Positions 1-13,155 of a DNA stretch of 64,000 nt are shown piece after piece. The stretch is from Takakia lepidozioides (Eukaryota; Plantae; Bryophyta), in NCBI GenBank assembly GCA_030704615.1, contig CM060734.1:32612001-32676000 (forward strand), written 5' to 3'. The translations under genes and the position numbers were made by a program. A model generated the notes under the pieces. The model was given only the letters and a program-made list of their open reading frames with translations. It had not been told where the DNA came from and made no database searches. How positions within the stretch are numbered: position 1 is the first letter of the stretch; every line of letters starts with the position of its first letter.

Positions 1-3000
1 CAAGATTGCCAGAGAAGTTGACCCACAAGGTAGTTGCCTGACATAGAGCGCTGACAATTTTTTCTACTTTAAAGCCAGAGTACACTTCAGACTTTCTCAT
101 GTGCAGGCATTGTAAATTGGCACCGATGAGGTGGAAGTGGATGGTGTTCTGGTGGTACATTGTCATGCTTTCATTGTTTGTGCTAGGGGACGACAGTATG
201 CATTAAGTCACTTTCTTTCTGAATTGGCAACTGATACAATTGGTACAATTCAATGGCTGCCTCTTTTCTTGTAATGCCAACAATCTTTCTATTGATTATA
301 TCACAATCCTTTTGACCTTATTGATCTTGACATAACCAAAGAGCATCTTGTTCTGACTTTGTATCCATGTACTTATGGATGCCATTGAGAATCAAAACTT
401 CAGAGGGGAAAGTTTGTGTAAGTGTTCATCACTCTAAGTCTTGTGTGAACTTGGAATAACAGGTGAACGGACATTTGGAGTGTTGACAAAGTTGGATCTT
501 ATGGACAAGGGGACAAATGCTCTTGATGTGAGTCCATCTCCTCCTTGGCTCCTGACTGATTGTGTTGTTACAAACAAGAGATCAACTTTCCGTTCTTGCA
601 GCCTCTTATCGAAACCATGCTATATGGAGAGCTGCTTCTCACTTGGGCTGCCTGATTCCCCCATCTATATCAGAACCTCACTAATTTATGTAGATTGAAT
701 GGGGCCAGTGGAAGTTGGTAGCAGTTGAGGCTGGTTCAGTTATTGTTCAATGAAGCATAGCTTCCCCCCAACGTCCTTTTCATTTGTCAGAGAAGGGAGC
801 AACACATGGTTGAAGCAAATTCTCACGTCCTTGGCAATGGAGATGAAATCGATTTGGATAAAATGGAGACCAAAAATAGGGAGTTTGATATAGAGACAAA
901 TTTAGTGATGTGGATACCAATTTTGAAGGCCTATGGACAATGACGAGACATGGCAGATGAACACGAATAGGCTTATTGAATCTGACTTCGACATTGAGAA
1001 AAAGAGATGGAAGTGACAGCCTACTTTAGAGCAAAGACAAGACAATCCATGTGGAGAGGGATGAATGGCATGAACATTCAACCGGCAGACAGGAGAATGT
1101 TAAGTCTGAGATAAGAGAGAAGACTCTGGCCGAAGCCGGCATAACCAAGAGCAACTGCACCTTTCAACTACTGGCCCGTTTCGGGGGTGGCCCTGTCCGA
1201 GATGCATATCAACTTATGATTTTTTGTTTTTGAGCAGGTGCTGGAAGGGCGTTCGTACCGATTGCAGCATCCTTGGGTGGGAGTGGTGAACCGCTCACAG
1301 GCAGACATCAACCGAAATGTGGACATGATAGCTGCCAGGCGCAGAGAGCGGGACTATTTTGCCACCAGTCAGGACTATGGGCATTTAACAAGCAGAATGG
1401 GTTCAGAATATCTTGGAAAAGTTTTATCCAAGGTACTGCGAAGGAATTTTATTTTTCCCTTTGGAATGGAAGTGATGGTTAACATTTATGCACAGCTGTA
1501 TGGTCAATGTGCATGGTCCATTCCTCTAACATCTTTCTCAAAGTGCCTTACTGTAGGGAATGGGTATGTTACTGTTTTTGCCAAATCAAGTAGCTGTGAG
1601 TTAAGCCTGTACAGCATCTCTGAAGTCTTGAAATATGTTTGCACATATGCACGTGATAAGTTGGGTACTGACCCATCCAAGGTACTTAACATCAAATTCA
1701 TGGCCGGAAGTGGTTTAGAATCATAGGTTATTGGGATCTTCTTGAGTGTTTTTGCAAGTACACTCTGAAATTGGCCGTCCTGTATTTTTTTTCCTCAACA
1801 TGTGATGCTCATGATAGCCATGTCATTTTTTGCTGTAGCACCTTGAAGCTGTGATCAAGGCACGCATTCCCAGTATCCAGGCCATGATCAACAAAAGCAT
1901 TGATGAATTGGAAACAGAATTGAATCAAATTGGCAGGCCTCTTGCCAATGACGCAGGCGTAAGTCTCTTTCTTTTTGGTAACTTCTGGCTTAGCATGTCA
2001 GAACAGTTGACATAGTTTCCAACTCAAAATGAAGATGTTGTGCTAGTAGTGGTCAGACTTGCTACGAAAAGGGTGGGACAGAGGTAAGGTTGTGCTTGAG
2101 GTTCCTTGTCCTTGGAGAGGGCTAGCTAAGTAGGAAAAGCTCATTTTGAGATGTTGCGTTCTCTGCAATTACTTTAAAAAAAAATTAGAGTGGGTATAAG
2201 GGACCCCAAGTTAATGAGAAATGTGGAATCATTCTACAGGCCCAGCTGTACACTGTGCTGGAGCTTTGCAGGGCATTTGACCATGTCTTCAAGGACCATC
2301 TTGATGGAGCGTAAGTTTTCTTGCACATGTACTCAAATCTATTTCATTCTCAATATCTGGTTAAAGCATTGTACTTGGGAAGAAAGGATGCTGATATAGT
2401 ACTAACTAGTCTGTTTCTCTTCATTTTGGCAGGCGGCCAGGTGGTGAAAAAATTTACTCTGTGTTTGACAATCAACTCCCGGCTGCGCTGAAGAAGTTGC
2501 CATTTGACAAGCATCTCTCCATGCAAAATGTGCGGAAGGTGGTGTCAGAAGCTGATGGTTACCAGCCCCATCTTATTGCTCCTGAGCAAGGTTACAGGCG
2601 CTTGATTGAAGGCGCTCTTCTCCTTTTCAGGGGCCCTGCAGAGGCAGTTGTCGATGCGGTGTGCCCTCCCCCTCTCCATGTATCTGTGAATCTCTACTGA
2701 CCCAGAATAGTTTGTAGATAGTCCCATTATGTATCTGAAATACACACAGAAGTCACTGGTTTCTTGTTCTTGGGAGTTTGGCTGCTTGTTGTCCCTGGAC
2801 TTACAGGATGCTATGAGATGTGAGCACCTTACATGTTGTCCAGCACCGGAAGGGTTTCTTTGTGTTCACTATGTGTGTATTTCGAATGCAGATAGCTGGT
2901 GTGCATGTGCTCTTTAACATCCTTATTGAGATTTAAAGCTTGCTCAGGAGAACCTGACCTAGTTTATGAGATCAAAGGACACTGAAGGGGTGATTACTTT

Positions 3001-4685
3001 TCAAAATTCAGACCGAGGTGTTTTCATCGACAATGAAAGTCCCTTGTTCCCAAGACTTATTACTCTCTAGTTTGTCTTGTAGGCCTCTAATCCCTTCTGT
3101 TGGACATGGATTCTTGCAGACACATTTCATTCTAAGGGACCTTGTTCGCAGATCAGTCAACGAATGTACAGTAAGCCCACTTGCTTATACACACCAGTTC
3201 TACGGTTTGTCTTTCATGCTGCATGAATCTTCAAAACTAGCAGCCCATGGAATTTTAGATCCATCTTGATTCACTTGATTTAGGGTACTTGTAGTTCCAG
3301 GACTTTGTGGTTCGCATCAGTTTTAAAACATTACAGTGCATTTCTGGACTGCACCTCTGGAGAGCAGGTCAGGGTTATCTCATATATCGTAGTGATGCCA
3401 CTCATCTTTGAGTTCCGGCTAAACAATAAAGGGCCGGCCTTGAAATGGCTCCCAAAGTTTTTCAGCATCTTCTTCATCACCTAGGTCTTTGTCAGCAGGT
3501 TGTTGGTATACAAATTGCATGGTGGATGGGTAGGTGATGTAGCACTAAGGCTTAATCTCTTAGATGATTGATTTTGGTGATACTTAGTAGCATTTTTTAC
3601 ATGCTTCAGTGCATCATTTGCAGGAATTGAAACGGTTTCCAACTCTGCAAGCTGAGCTTGCAGCAGCAGCTATAGAGGCCCTCGAGAGGATGCGAGAAGA
3701 GAGCCGAAAGACCTCTCTCAGGCTGGTTGACATGGAGGCAAGCTATTTGACAGTAGACTTCTTTCGAAAGCTTCCCCAGGAAGTTGAGAAGGGTGGGAAT
3801 CCGGTTGCTTCAACAATGGACCGCTACACTGATGGTCACTTGCGGCGAATTGGTAAGTAAAGAACCAATTCTTATTAGATTTAAACTGTAGGAATATCTG
3901 TTATCACCAGTACCCTGAATTTTATTGTGAGGGTGGCGTAAGGACGGAGTGTTGGACAAGGAGTAGAATTCAGCAGGCAGACACTGCCAGGAAGTGTTGG
4001 CTCAAATCCTGAGGCCATTTGGTTGAGAGTGACTTGAATGTTTTGGCAGGCTCAAATGTGTCGGCATATGTGGGCATGGTGTGTGAGTTGCTGAGGAACT
4101 CTCTGCCCAAGGCGGTTGTGCACTGCCAAGTTCGTGAGGCCAAGCGGTCTCTACTTGACCATTTCTATGCGCAAGTTGGAAAGCGAGAGGTATGTGAAGA
4201 CTGTGGGTGGCACTCTTCCTGATTGATTGAGGATCTGTGCAATATCCTGCTAACATCCAAAGATACGGACAGAATAGGGGAAGGGGGTCAAATTTTACAT
4301 TGTACAATAGATCCTAAGCTTTGAATCATACCAAACATTGCACTAGGGTTTACTCTGTGGTCATGATACGTCCCATAATGACTGGCCCTTAATCTAATAT
4401 GCCCCGAATATTGCAGTGACATCCCTAACCAAATTTTACCATCTTGTTGTGGAGCGGAATGAGATAATTTCAAGGCATGCCATGTGATGTTCTCAGTGGA
4501 GCAAATGTGAGGTACAATCAGGCACTGACTTTTGTCTTATACCATCCTTAAAACAGGGGAAGCAGTTGGCACAAATGTTGGATGAAGACCCAGCCCTGAT
4601 GGAACGACGAAGTCAAATTTCGAAGAGGCTGGAACTCTACAGAAGTGCTCGTGATGAGATTGATTCTGTTGCATGGGTTAAGTGA
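1..4685 (+). CDS. DRP1: Dynamin-related protein 1 (phragmoplastin-like), 5'-partial; exons <1-29, 463-527, 1238-1432, 1839-1958, 2240-2310, 2433-2658, 3120-3170, 3624-3852, 4050-4189, 4557-4685
   Basis: GT-AG exons with consistent phases give [24 protein letters not shown] (G4 TKLD), [52 protein letters not shown] and C-terminal [11 protein letters not shown]...[11 protein letters not shown], typical of plant DRP1. Confidence 0.95.
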
Positions 4686-7600
4686 GTCTACAAATAGGGA
4701 TTGTCTTAGGTGCCTATCATTTTGGCAGATGCCACTGGTGGTTTTCAACCTTCCTCATATACACCACCAAGCAGCTTTATGAACTGTTGCCATGACCTTT
4801 GGCATTTTCAAACTGATTGAATTTAACCTTGCTGGCTGTGAGAATGCTTTTGGCAAGCAAGGGATGGATCATGGACTTGGTACAGTTCTGGTATTGATTC
4901 CGAATTTAATTGGTTATGAAGAGACCAGCGGGGCCAACCCCACTTACATTGGATTGTCTCTCTTCCTGCCACATTGCCGCAGGAGCTTACCAACTACCCA
5001 TCAAGGCTTTTTTTCCAGTACGTTGTGGGATGGCTTATTAAAACCCCTCTCTGCTCAGGTAGATACTTGGATTTATTCCTCCAATTGTAACTGCTCGGGT
5101 ATTGAAATCATTTTGTAAAGATCTAGACAGCTAATTCTTGAGCTCTGAATGTTATTGGTAGAAGTCAATCGACCCATGAAAGCCCACATTGCAAGGGGCA
5201 TTATGAGTCCTAGGCTTAGACGCAGATACATTCTTTAGCATTGATTGTTCTCTCTCCAATGAGTTCATTCTGTGCATGTGCTGTGTGGTGTTTTGTACTT
5301 GAGAAGTTGAGATAGATTTTGGATTGATGTCTTGCTATATTCAGACTGAAAGATCAGGTAGGTATGGAAATGGGCACCTTGCAGTGGCACTCCTAGGTAA
5401 TAGTTGAATCTCATTCCCCGAGAAGGCTCTGCAAGCATCACTCTGTTTGAAGAAGAAGACAGCCAAGTTGGGACAATTGGATCTGTATATGTTATGCATG
5501 GTAAACAGCAAGTCCTTAGTGGAATGTTGATTGACTTTATGAATCCACGACTGACTCTGGGAATGATTAGGAAAAAGTAGCGTTGATGAACTCTTTGTAG
5601 GAAATGGACTCAGTTGCAACTACTTTGCAGGCAGAATGGAAATTCTTGCCACTGAAAGGAGAGCAAAATAGCTCACTGTAAACCCTTGTCACCTAAAGGA
5701 TATTACTTTTCTCCCAAATATTGGACAATAGTAGGTAGATGTCACCACTTTTAACATTTCATTTCAAGGCTGCCAAGGACCAAGTGGGGAAAGCACGAAA
5801 GCACCCGGTATGCTTAGTTGTTGTTCCTCCAGGCGACTTGGGGATTGGGTGGATATGGGAGGTATAGTTGCTGTTATGGGCACAGTGGACCCCAAATCAG
5901 ATGACAGCATAGAGAGATTCGGTTTCAAGATCCAGGAAACAGCCTTAGTGGAGGCCATGTAGAAGATTATCCATTCGGGTAAACGTTGGTCTTACATTCT
6001 TATCTTTCGAGGTCTTGATGTTTGCTCGGCAGAGTACTACAGCAGATAGTTCAGCAGCTTGGCAAAGCAGTCCTGAGGCTATGTATTGGTATGGCCTGTA
6101 CCCGTCTTATTTCTCTATAGATGGTTGTTAGTTGCACACAGTGCGTTGTTTATCATGTCTTGGGTATGGAGAGACAGAGCGGGGCTTGTTAGGTCGAACT
6201 CAATCTCATAAAACAAGATAAGGTTCTATTTTGTACATCCTGTCGTGCACATCACAAAACTGACAGCATCGAAGCAGGCAGACAAAACAGAATGGAACCA
6301 TACTCTATTTGGTGCCCCTGAAAATATATTCACATCTTCAACATGTAAACTCATACACCAGTAGCAACTTTCTCCCTGCTCCACACCAAATGTGTCTCGC
6401 AATATAAAGGCACCACTGAAAAAGTGCAACTTCCTCACATTTTACTCCCTTTCTTCGAGTTCAGAGGTGAGCTTGGGTATATTGCCATGTGATAATACCA
6501 TTCTTCTTGAAAAGAGCATGCAAGTTTATGTGGACAAAATTGAGGCATGCAGTGCAACTTAATCTTCAAGGACTATGCAGTAACTCGTTGCACAAAGCCC
6601 ACAAACCCAGATCTCCAGCCTTGCCAAGGAAACAACAGATCCAAGAGCCGGGGATAGATAGGAACATGAAAGAAGATTAACGAGTGACCTCTGTTTTCCA
6701 CTTGACTGCCCATCATCCTCGTGCAGTAGCATCGATTATGCTTCGGCTGGCAAGATGGAGGATGGAGCAACAGATGCGCTTCCCCTCCCTCACCCGAAGT
6801 ATCCACAAAGCTGAAGAAACACCATAAATGAAGCAAAGAGTTGCTAATACGGTTCATAGGAGGCAACATTCTCTGCTGCTCTAGCCTTGCACTATATCTC
6901 TCTCAAGAAGAAGGAAGCCATTGCAGCAGCTTCCTCGTAAATCTCACAGCCCTAGTGTTGATCGGTGGGATAATTTGAGGCAACACGATCGAGCAACTCA
7001 AATCCAGCGTTGCATTCTCGCTTCGATTCCAAAACTATGAATGCAGAGCGCAATTCGTCAAAAAAATTTCCTAAGAGAAAACAACCAGGGTAACGTTTCA
7101 ACCTATATAGGTGGCTCAGACTTCTGTGCAAACGATATGGGATATATACAACAGCAAATAACTCCAACGTGGTCACCAAAAAGCGACTAGAGGGTCACAG
7201 GAGACAGCCGGCCCAAAAATCAATGAGTTCTATTAATTGCTGGAAGGTCCTTTTGGACTGGCATATTATATGCACAACACTACATGTAGTATGCAATACC
7301 TAGTTTGATAATGTAATCGATCACCGGCTGGTAGCTCTCCCATGCGTTTCCCTTTTTTATAAAAACAATAATTAACCAGTCACTGTACCCTTCCTACTAT
7401 GCAATTTTCACGGGCTTCTTTCCCTTTATGAAAGAGAGAGATGTAGGAGACTTGTAGTGGTCATAAAGCTTTTCCTGATCATCTTTCCAGGGAGTGTGAG
7501 TTATTGCTCAAAAAATTATAGAAAACTGTCCAGATGAAGGAAGGGAGAATCTGAGATGGTCAAAATCTAAAACTGTGCATTAGGAAGAAAGAAGGAAATG

Positions 7601-8366
7601 GCTGGTGGCCCCCCTGAGTACGAACTATACAAGAACTGCGAAGGTTGGTTACAAGTGGTGCTGTCCCGCTTTTGACTACTACCTCCCTCAGCAAAGATAC
7701 AACCAACCCGGCATACTCCAATTTCTGCTACTAAAATCATCTTAGTGATTTCTCCCAACCCCACTTATCATCATCACAGAAGAGTTGACTCTGGTCAACT
7801 ATTGACTGGAATTGGTGTGTTGCATCCTCCAGTCACTAGCCACAGCCAATTCTGATTTGAAAGCACCCTTTCATAAGTGTACACAGAGGTTGCAAACGTG
7901 GTTTTGAATGTTTGGAAACACAAGAAGGCCCATAATTGTAGCAACAGTGGTGATGGCTGCAAGAGTCATAATGATCCAAACCCTCAATGAATTTATGTCC
8001 ATACAGAGTAATACTTCTGCAATGGTCAATCTTCAACCTCCCCTTTACACATCGATCCTACCAAAGGGACACTCTCCTTACTGCCTGTTTTGAATGCACC
8101 GAAATTGAAACAATTTGTCAGCAAATTCACAATGTACACTAAAAGTATGTGGGTATTGTGCAAAACCCACACTCAATAAGCTCATGCCCAGTCTCTAACC
8201 AATGTCGTGCTGTTTTCTTCTCAGACTATCATTTCATTTGAGCCTATTAAGCCTCTTATAGAGGTTTCTGGGCGGTGGGCAAGAAGGCTGTGTAACTTCC
8301 CTGTTTGTGTATGTTAACATCCCATTGGATCAAGGGCATGAACTCGACAATCTGTCTATCAGTCCA

Positions 8367-9863
8367 CTACTCATCAACAATACTAGATCGACCTGGTGTT
8401 TCCCACACATCAAAGACATCCTCTTCATTGTGCAAAACAAAGAGGCAATCCCCACCCACCGAAATGTCAGAAATAGCTCCGCCTTCTGTCTTTCTCAGCC
8501 TTGCGGTTTGAACTCCTCGAGCTGCATCCCAGTCGGGGCTACAAAAGACGTAGACACTGTCATTTTTACTGGAGAAGAGCTGTGACCCACTGACTGCAAG
8601 CCTGGAGTAGCACCGTTCTTCGGATTCCGAAAATTTTCCAGGTTGATATCGATGACTCCATCGCACATCTTGGTTGCTAGCTCGCATGTCAATAAAACCC
8701 AGATTATCAAATTGATTTACAACACACACTGTGGAGCACTCTTCCATTGCAACAGCATCCATCACAATTTTCTCATCTGCACTCCGCTGTCCAGAATCCG
8801 TCCAAGACCAAACCTGCCACGAATGTGTGTAGAGAAAGTCAAATTCACAAGTAATTTCATGGGATAACCAGCACACACAAAATTATAAAGACTTGCACTT
8901 CCACATGATCGCATCTTTTCTGTTACGGTTACCATGAACTGCAAAATCCGGAATCTCTCGAGCTGTTATTACCTTCCCCTTTGTCCGGAAATCCAGCAGG
9001 CTTATGAAGCTATGATCGCTCCTTGGAAACAGCGTAGCAACTAAAAGAAGGCTGGTGCGCGGGAGCCACTGAAGCTTGCAAGCATCGCCTAAAGGTCGCC
9101 CAGGGCCTTCATACAAGAAATTTGCTTGCTGCCCAGTGTTCTGATCCCAGGTTCCAATTCCATACTCGTAGCTGCGGCCTCGGCAGCTGGCATAGACGTG
9201 GCAATCACTGCTTGCAAGAGCCCCTGCAGTGAAATTTTTGGGCTGTCCGTCATGGCGTACCTGAAATTTGTGCTCCACCTTCCCAGTACTCACATTGAAA
9301 CTTGCCATCCCACCAGTGCTATCACCTCTCTCACAAGTGCATATGACAACCCGATGAGGGTTCAGGAACCCAACATCGTTCACATTGACATAATCAAGAG
9401 AGAGGGGTGCTTGTTCCTCCATCAACCAGTCGTACACATGGACCATGCTTCCATGGGCAACGCAGCATCCCCCATCCGGAGCTGCACGAATGGCGGTCCC
9501 ATCTCCCGTCGCACGCCCACTGATTGAAGCTACGCATTCCAAGCGATTTCCATCCAGCGGTCCCTTGCGGGCGAGGCGCACATGTTCGAGAATACCGTAA
9601 TACTCGGCCTCCCTGTAGAGAGCCTTTTCAGACATCCCAGGAGGTATATGCACCTCCCCTGTGCGCAACAAATCCAGCAACACAGAGAAGTACGTAGGAT
9701 TTCTGTCTATGAAAAGCTCGTCAGATGTGAGGTCTGATACCTGCTGCCACTTCTCGTCGATCAAAGCTGCCAGCATTGATCCCCTCCCTGCGTTGCCTAA
9801 AGTAGTCCGACTCGTGACGAACCGCTTGCCACCCACATTCAACCTCACCGTATCATGTGCCAT
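8367..9863 (-). CDS. BTB/POZ (KCTD-type) domain protein with propeller-like C-terminus, At2g24240/At4g30940-like; exons 9863-8973 and 8813-8367 (~445 aa)
   Basis: VRLNVGGKRFVTSRTTL, FIDRNPTYFSVLLDLLRTG, LYREAEYYGI, GTAIRAAPDGGCCVAHGSMVHVYDW, GGAISDISVGGDCLFVLHNEEDVFDVWE; phase-0 intron aag|gtaata...ggcag|gtt joins the two ORFs. Confidence 0.9.
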
Positions 9864-11851
9864 CTGAGAAAGACGTAGAATCTTTGAAAATGCTCTTCGT
9901 CCAATTTCTCAGCAAAGGCCCTCCAGAGTACTGGAATATATGAGTTGTCAGATCCTCCAGCTCGAATTCTTAGAAATGCTTGTCACTGCGGTAGCTACTT
10001 GCATCTGTCTACGGCAAGCAGCCAGACTGCGCAAACAGGCCAGCAACAAAAGACACTGTTTGCAGACAATGGCACAGATCCAACTTGAACAGCAAACCCC
10101 AGTCCAGAATATTCCAAGAAATACAGATAAAAATGCCACAATCGAATCAAAACTCCCAAGCGAACTGACTCGCAGCTCAGTGCTTGGAGGATTTTCAGGA
10201 ACTAACCCATGTCATGACAGTCCAAAAATGAGCAACCGGGAGAAAATTTGCTGGAGAGAGGCCCTACGTGATGGCCAGCAATCTACAGAGGTCTTAGGCA
10301 GCTGAGTCATAAAGAATGTAGATGTCCTGTGGCATTCCTGTCACGAACAAGACAATAATCGGACAGCTCTGTTTGGCACGACAGAAACAGCAGGTGGGGG
10401 GGGAAACAGCAACAGGGAGCAACTTAAGCGAGTTGAATCACCGAGGTAGAGATAGTCTTCCAACCAAAGCTCCACACACACATACTCACTCTCTCTCTCT
10501 CTCTCCGAAGAGCCCAAAGAGCTTACAAAACAAGAACGCAGGAGCTGGGCACACTCAAGGAACCTGTGGAATCTGAATGATGACTCAACGACGAATGCAG
10601 GGAAAGTACAGTAACTCGGACTAAAGATTTCAAGACAAGTGCAAGAAGCGTGTGGGCCTTCACTCTTTATGAGTACCCCACAATAGGTATACTCTGCGAG
10701 CACTTGCTTCAAGAAAGTACTATGCTACATATATGTATGAAAAGACTCGCAGCTGTCCATTGTCATTTGTACACACACAGATGGGGATCAGTTGGTTGAC
10801 TCTGGCCTTTAATACACTAACCGAGCTTTTAGCATGTACAAATTGCTGCTTATCAACTTGACCCTACTAAAATAGACAAGATGAATCAGCCTTCGAGGGA
10901 AGTTGCAACTTTGCATTACTGCAATGTGTACCTAATGCTGCCTTTAATAAGAATGCTGGGTACTATCCTCCATCTTGACGGCGCTGTCGAGGTGGTGGTG
11001 GGGGATCTGGAAAGTGCCAACAGATCATCTGCAATGAATGGGAACTGATAGTAGAAGTTCCTGCCTGCATTACTGGAAGGGTGTAGTGGAGGCCAGCTAC
11101 ATCTGGCGGTGCTTTCATAGTGACGCCCAGCGCCAAGGATGGCGGTGGCAGGCTGCACGCAGTGTTGATCATGGCGTGCACGAATGCCTTTATTGGGCAT
11201 GTGCAGTGTCCTTTCGTGCTTGTTATCTGGAATCATTCTGCTGTCTCCCTCTGCTCTCTCTTGATTGACGTCACGACTCACGATACGATCCCCAGCAGCA
11301 TTCAACCTGGATTGCTACGTCCCATCTGTTTCATCGTCTGACTACTCTAAAAACGACGCCTGCTGGAGCTTGCTTGCATCATCGAGTGCAGCACTGCGGG
11401 CGGTTTGCTTCGTGGAGATCGAGCTCGCTCTGTTGGCTGGACGTGAGGACGACGCTGCAGTGGTCCAGGCAGAGCTCGACATGCCAGTGAGTACCTTCTC
11501 AACGAGGAAACAGGTGCATGATGCACGGAGATTACTCTTGGGAGGGAAGCCTCCAATCTTGCATGTTTTTGCGAAGAGGAGTGGAAGTGGAGAGTGTAGA
11601 TAATGACTTGTTGACTGAATTGCCCTTCTGAATGAGATCATGCCAGTGTTCAGGGGATTGTAGTCCCCAACTTCACTGAGCCACTCATTGAATCGAGGAA
11701 AGGATGTCTAAGGTAGCTCTCCAACCAGTCAAGGATCCAATAAGAGGGAAGTCAGACAGGCAAGCTCCAAGTTGGAAATGTGGGCAATGTGGACCCCTTT
11801 GAGAGTGATTCATCCACATGTATTTGTGATTCTGATAAATTTGTACACTAA

Positions 11852-13155
11852 TCATTCATGAATGGGTCTACTTGGCTTGATTACTAACAAAGGATTTGTC
11901 CTAAGCCTTTTCTTGGCCTTGTTCAGGAGCGCCCTGATGCGCTTTGGTGCAAGGCGAACATCCTGGGCTTCCAAGTAAATCTCCTTCATTGCCCACCAGC
12001 CTTTGTCCAATATGGAAGTGGGGTCGGTAAGGACTGGGTCATCTGCCTTGTATTTTTCACTCAGAGAGCTTTCCTCAGGCTGAATCTTGTACTCCAAGTA
12101 TTGAAGCCCAAGCTTCACAGCTGGCTCCCCATAGTAGGTAGAGGCAGCCCAGTGAGTCCCTAAGGGAACAATCTGAATGAACACTGACCCTGGCCGCATG
12201 AACAGGAAGTGGGTTAGAGCGGCCCCATGTACCCCCATGAGCACATCAGTGCTGTTCAAAGTTGCAAAGACTCTCCTGAGCTCTGTGGTCGGATCGAGCC
12301 TCAAGAGAGTCACATTGTACCCCAGCCCCTGTGCAACCCGCACAATCTGATCCAAGTTTAAAAGCATGCGTGTTCCTGACCTCACTAGAATGGAAAGCCG
12401 GGGCTGGGGGATGCTCACTTTCCCTTCTTCCACTTGCCCTCCTTCCTTCTCCATTGTTCCTCTTTCCTCCTTCCACACTTCTTTCCCCTCCTCTTCTATC
12501 CCAGGATCGGACGAATAGGCATGCTCGAGCAGCGTCCGGAAATTCTGGATTGTTTCCTGTCCAGGCATGCGAGCAGGATCGACCGCCAGCTCGGCATGTA
12601 TGTGGAGCCCAACAGTGAGCTCAGGAAAGCAGTGCACGCGGGCATCCCCTTCTAGATCCACCACATCGTAGTTTGAGAGCTGCCCTACAATTTCCATGTA
12701 CTTCATGAGCCACCAGTCATGGAACTCAACCACCACAAATACCACCTCCCCCTTCAGGTGCTGTGTTGTGATGAAGAGAGGAATGAGCCCATCATTGAAC
12801 TCATGGTATACATTCCCAGTGTAGCCACCTGTGCTGAAGACAACCCCTGGCACACTGTGGTTCACATCACAGCGTGCAGAGGGTATGTGGGAAGGAAGCA
12901 CACTGTGGAGGGTCACCTCGTGCACAGTCTCCATGCACCCCTTTTCCCATTTTCTTGTGTAGGGCCTTACCTTTTCTTCGCCCAAGCGGGTATTGGGATC
13001 AGAAGTGTAGAGTACAAGGGAGGTTTGCTGTGCATGGATGTCGCCTTTCATTGAGCAAACATCTGTGCGAAATTGTGAGCGGTCACACTTGAAGAGCTCC
13101 CCTTGCAGTCTTCCAGGGAGTCTGATCACTGCAATTTCCTCTTCATCATATAAGC
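11852..13155 (-). CDS. Glycosyltransferase family 61 (DUF563, xylan arabinosyl/xylosyltransferase-like), last exon; upstream exon(s) unresolved
   Basis: CDRSQFRTDVC, EEKVRPYTRKWE, VFSTGGYTGNVYHEFNDGLIPLFIT, DVLMGVHGAALTHFLFMRPGSVFIQIVPLG, LEYKIQPEESSL; acceptor tgaacag| before 13155. Confidence 0.92.

Noticed and set aside
5341-7200. Short minus-strand ORFs or a miRNA between DRP1 and the BTB gene
   Set aside because: No recognisable domain, splice model or known mature miRNA.
10916-11641. GC-richer overlapping ORFs
   Set aside because: No recognisable homology; cannot choose a frame.
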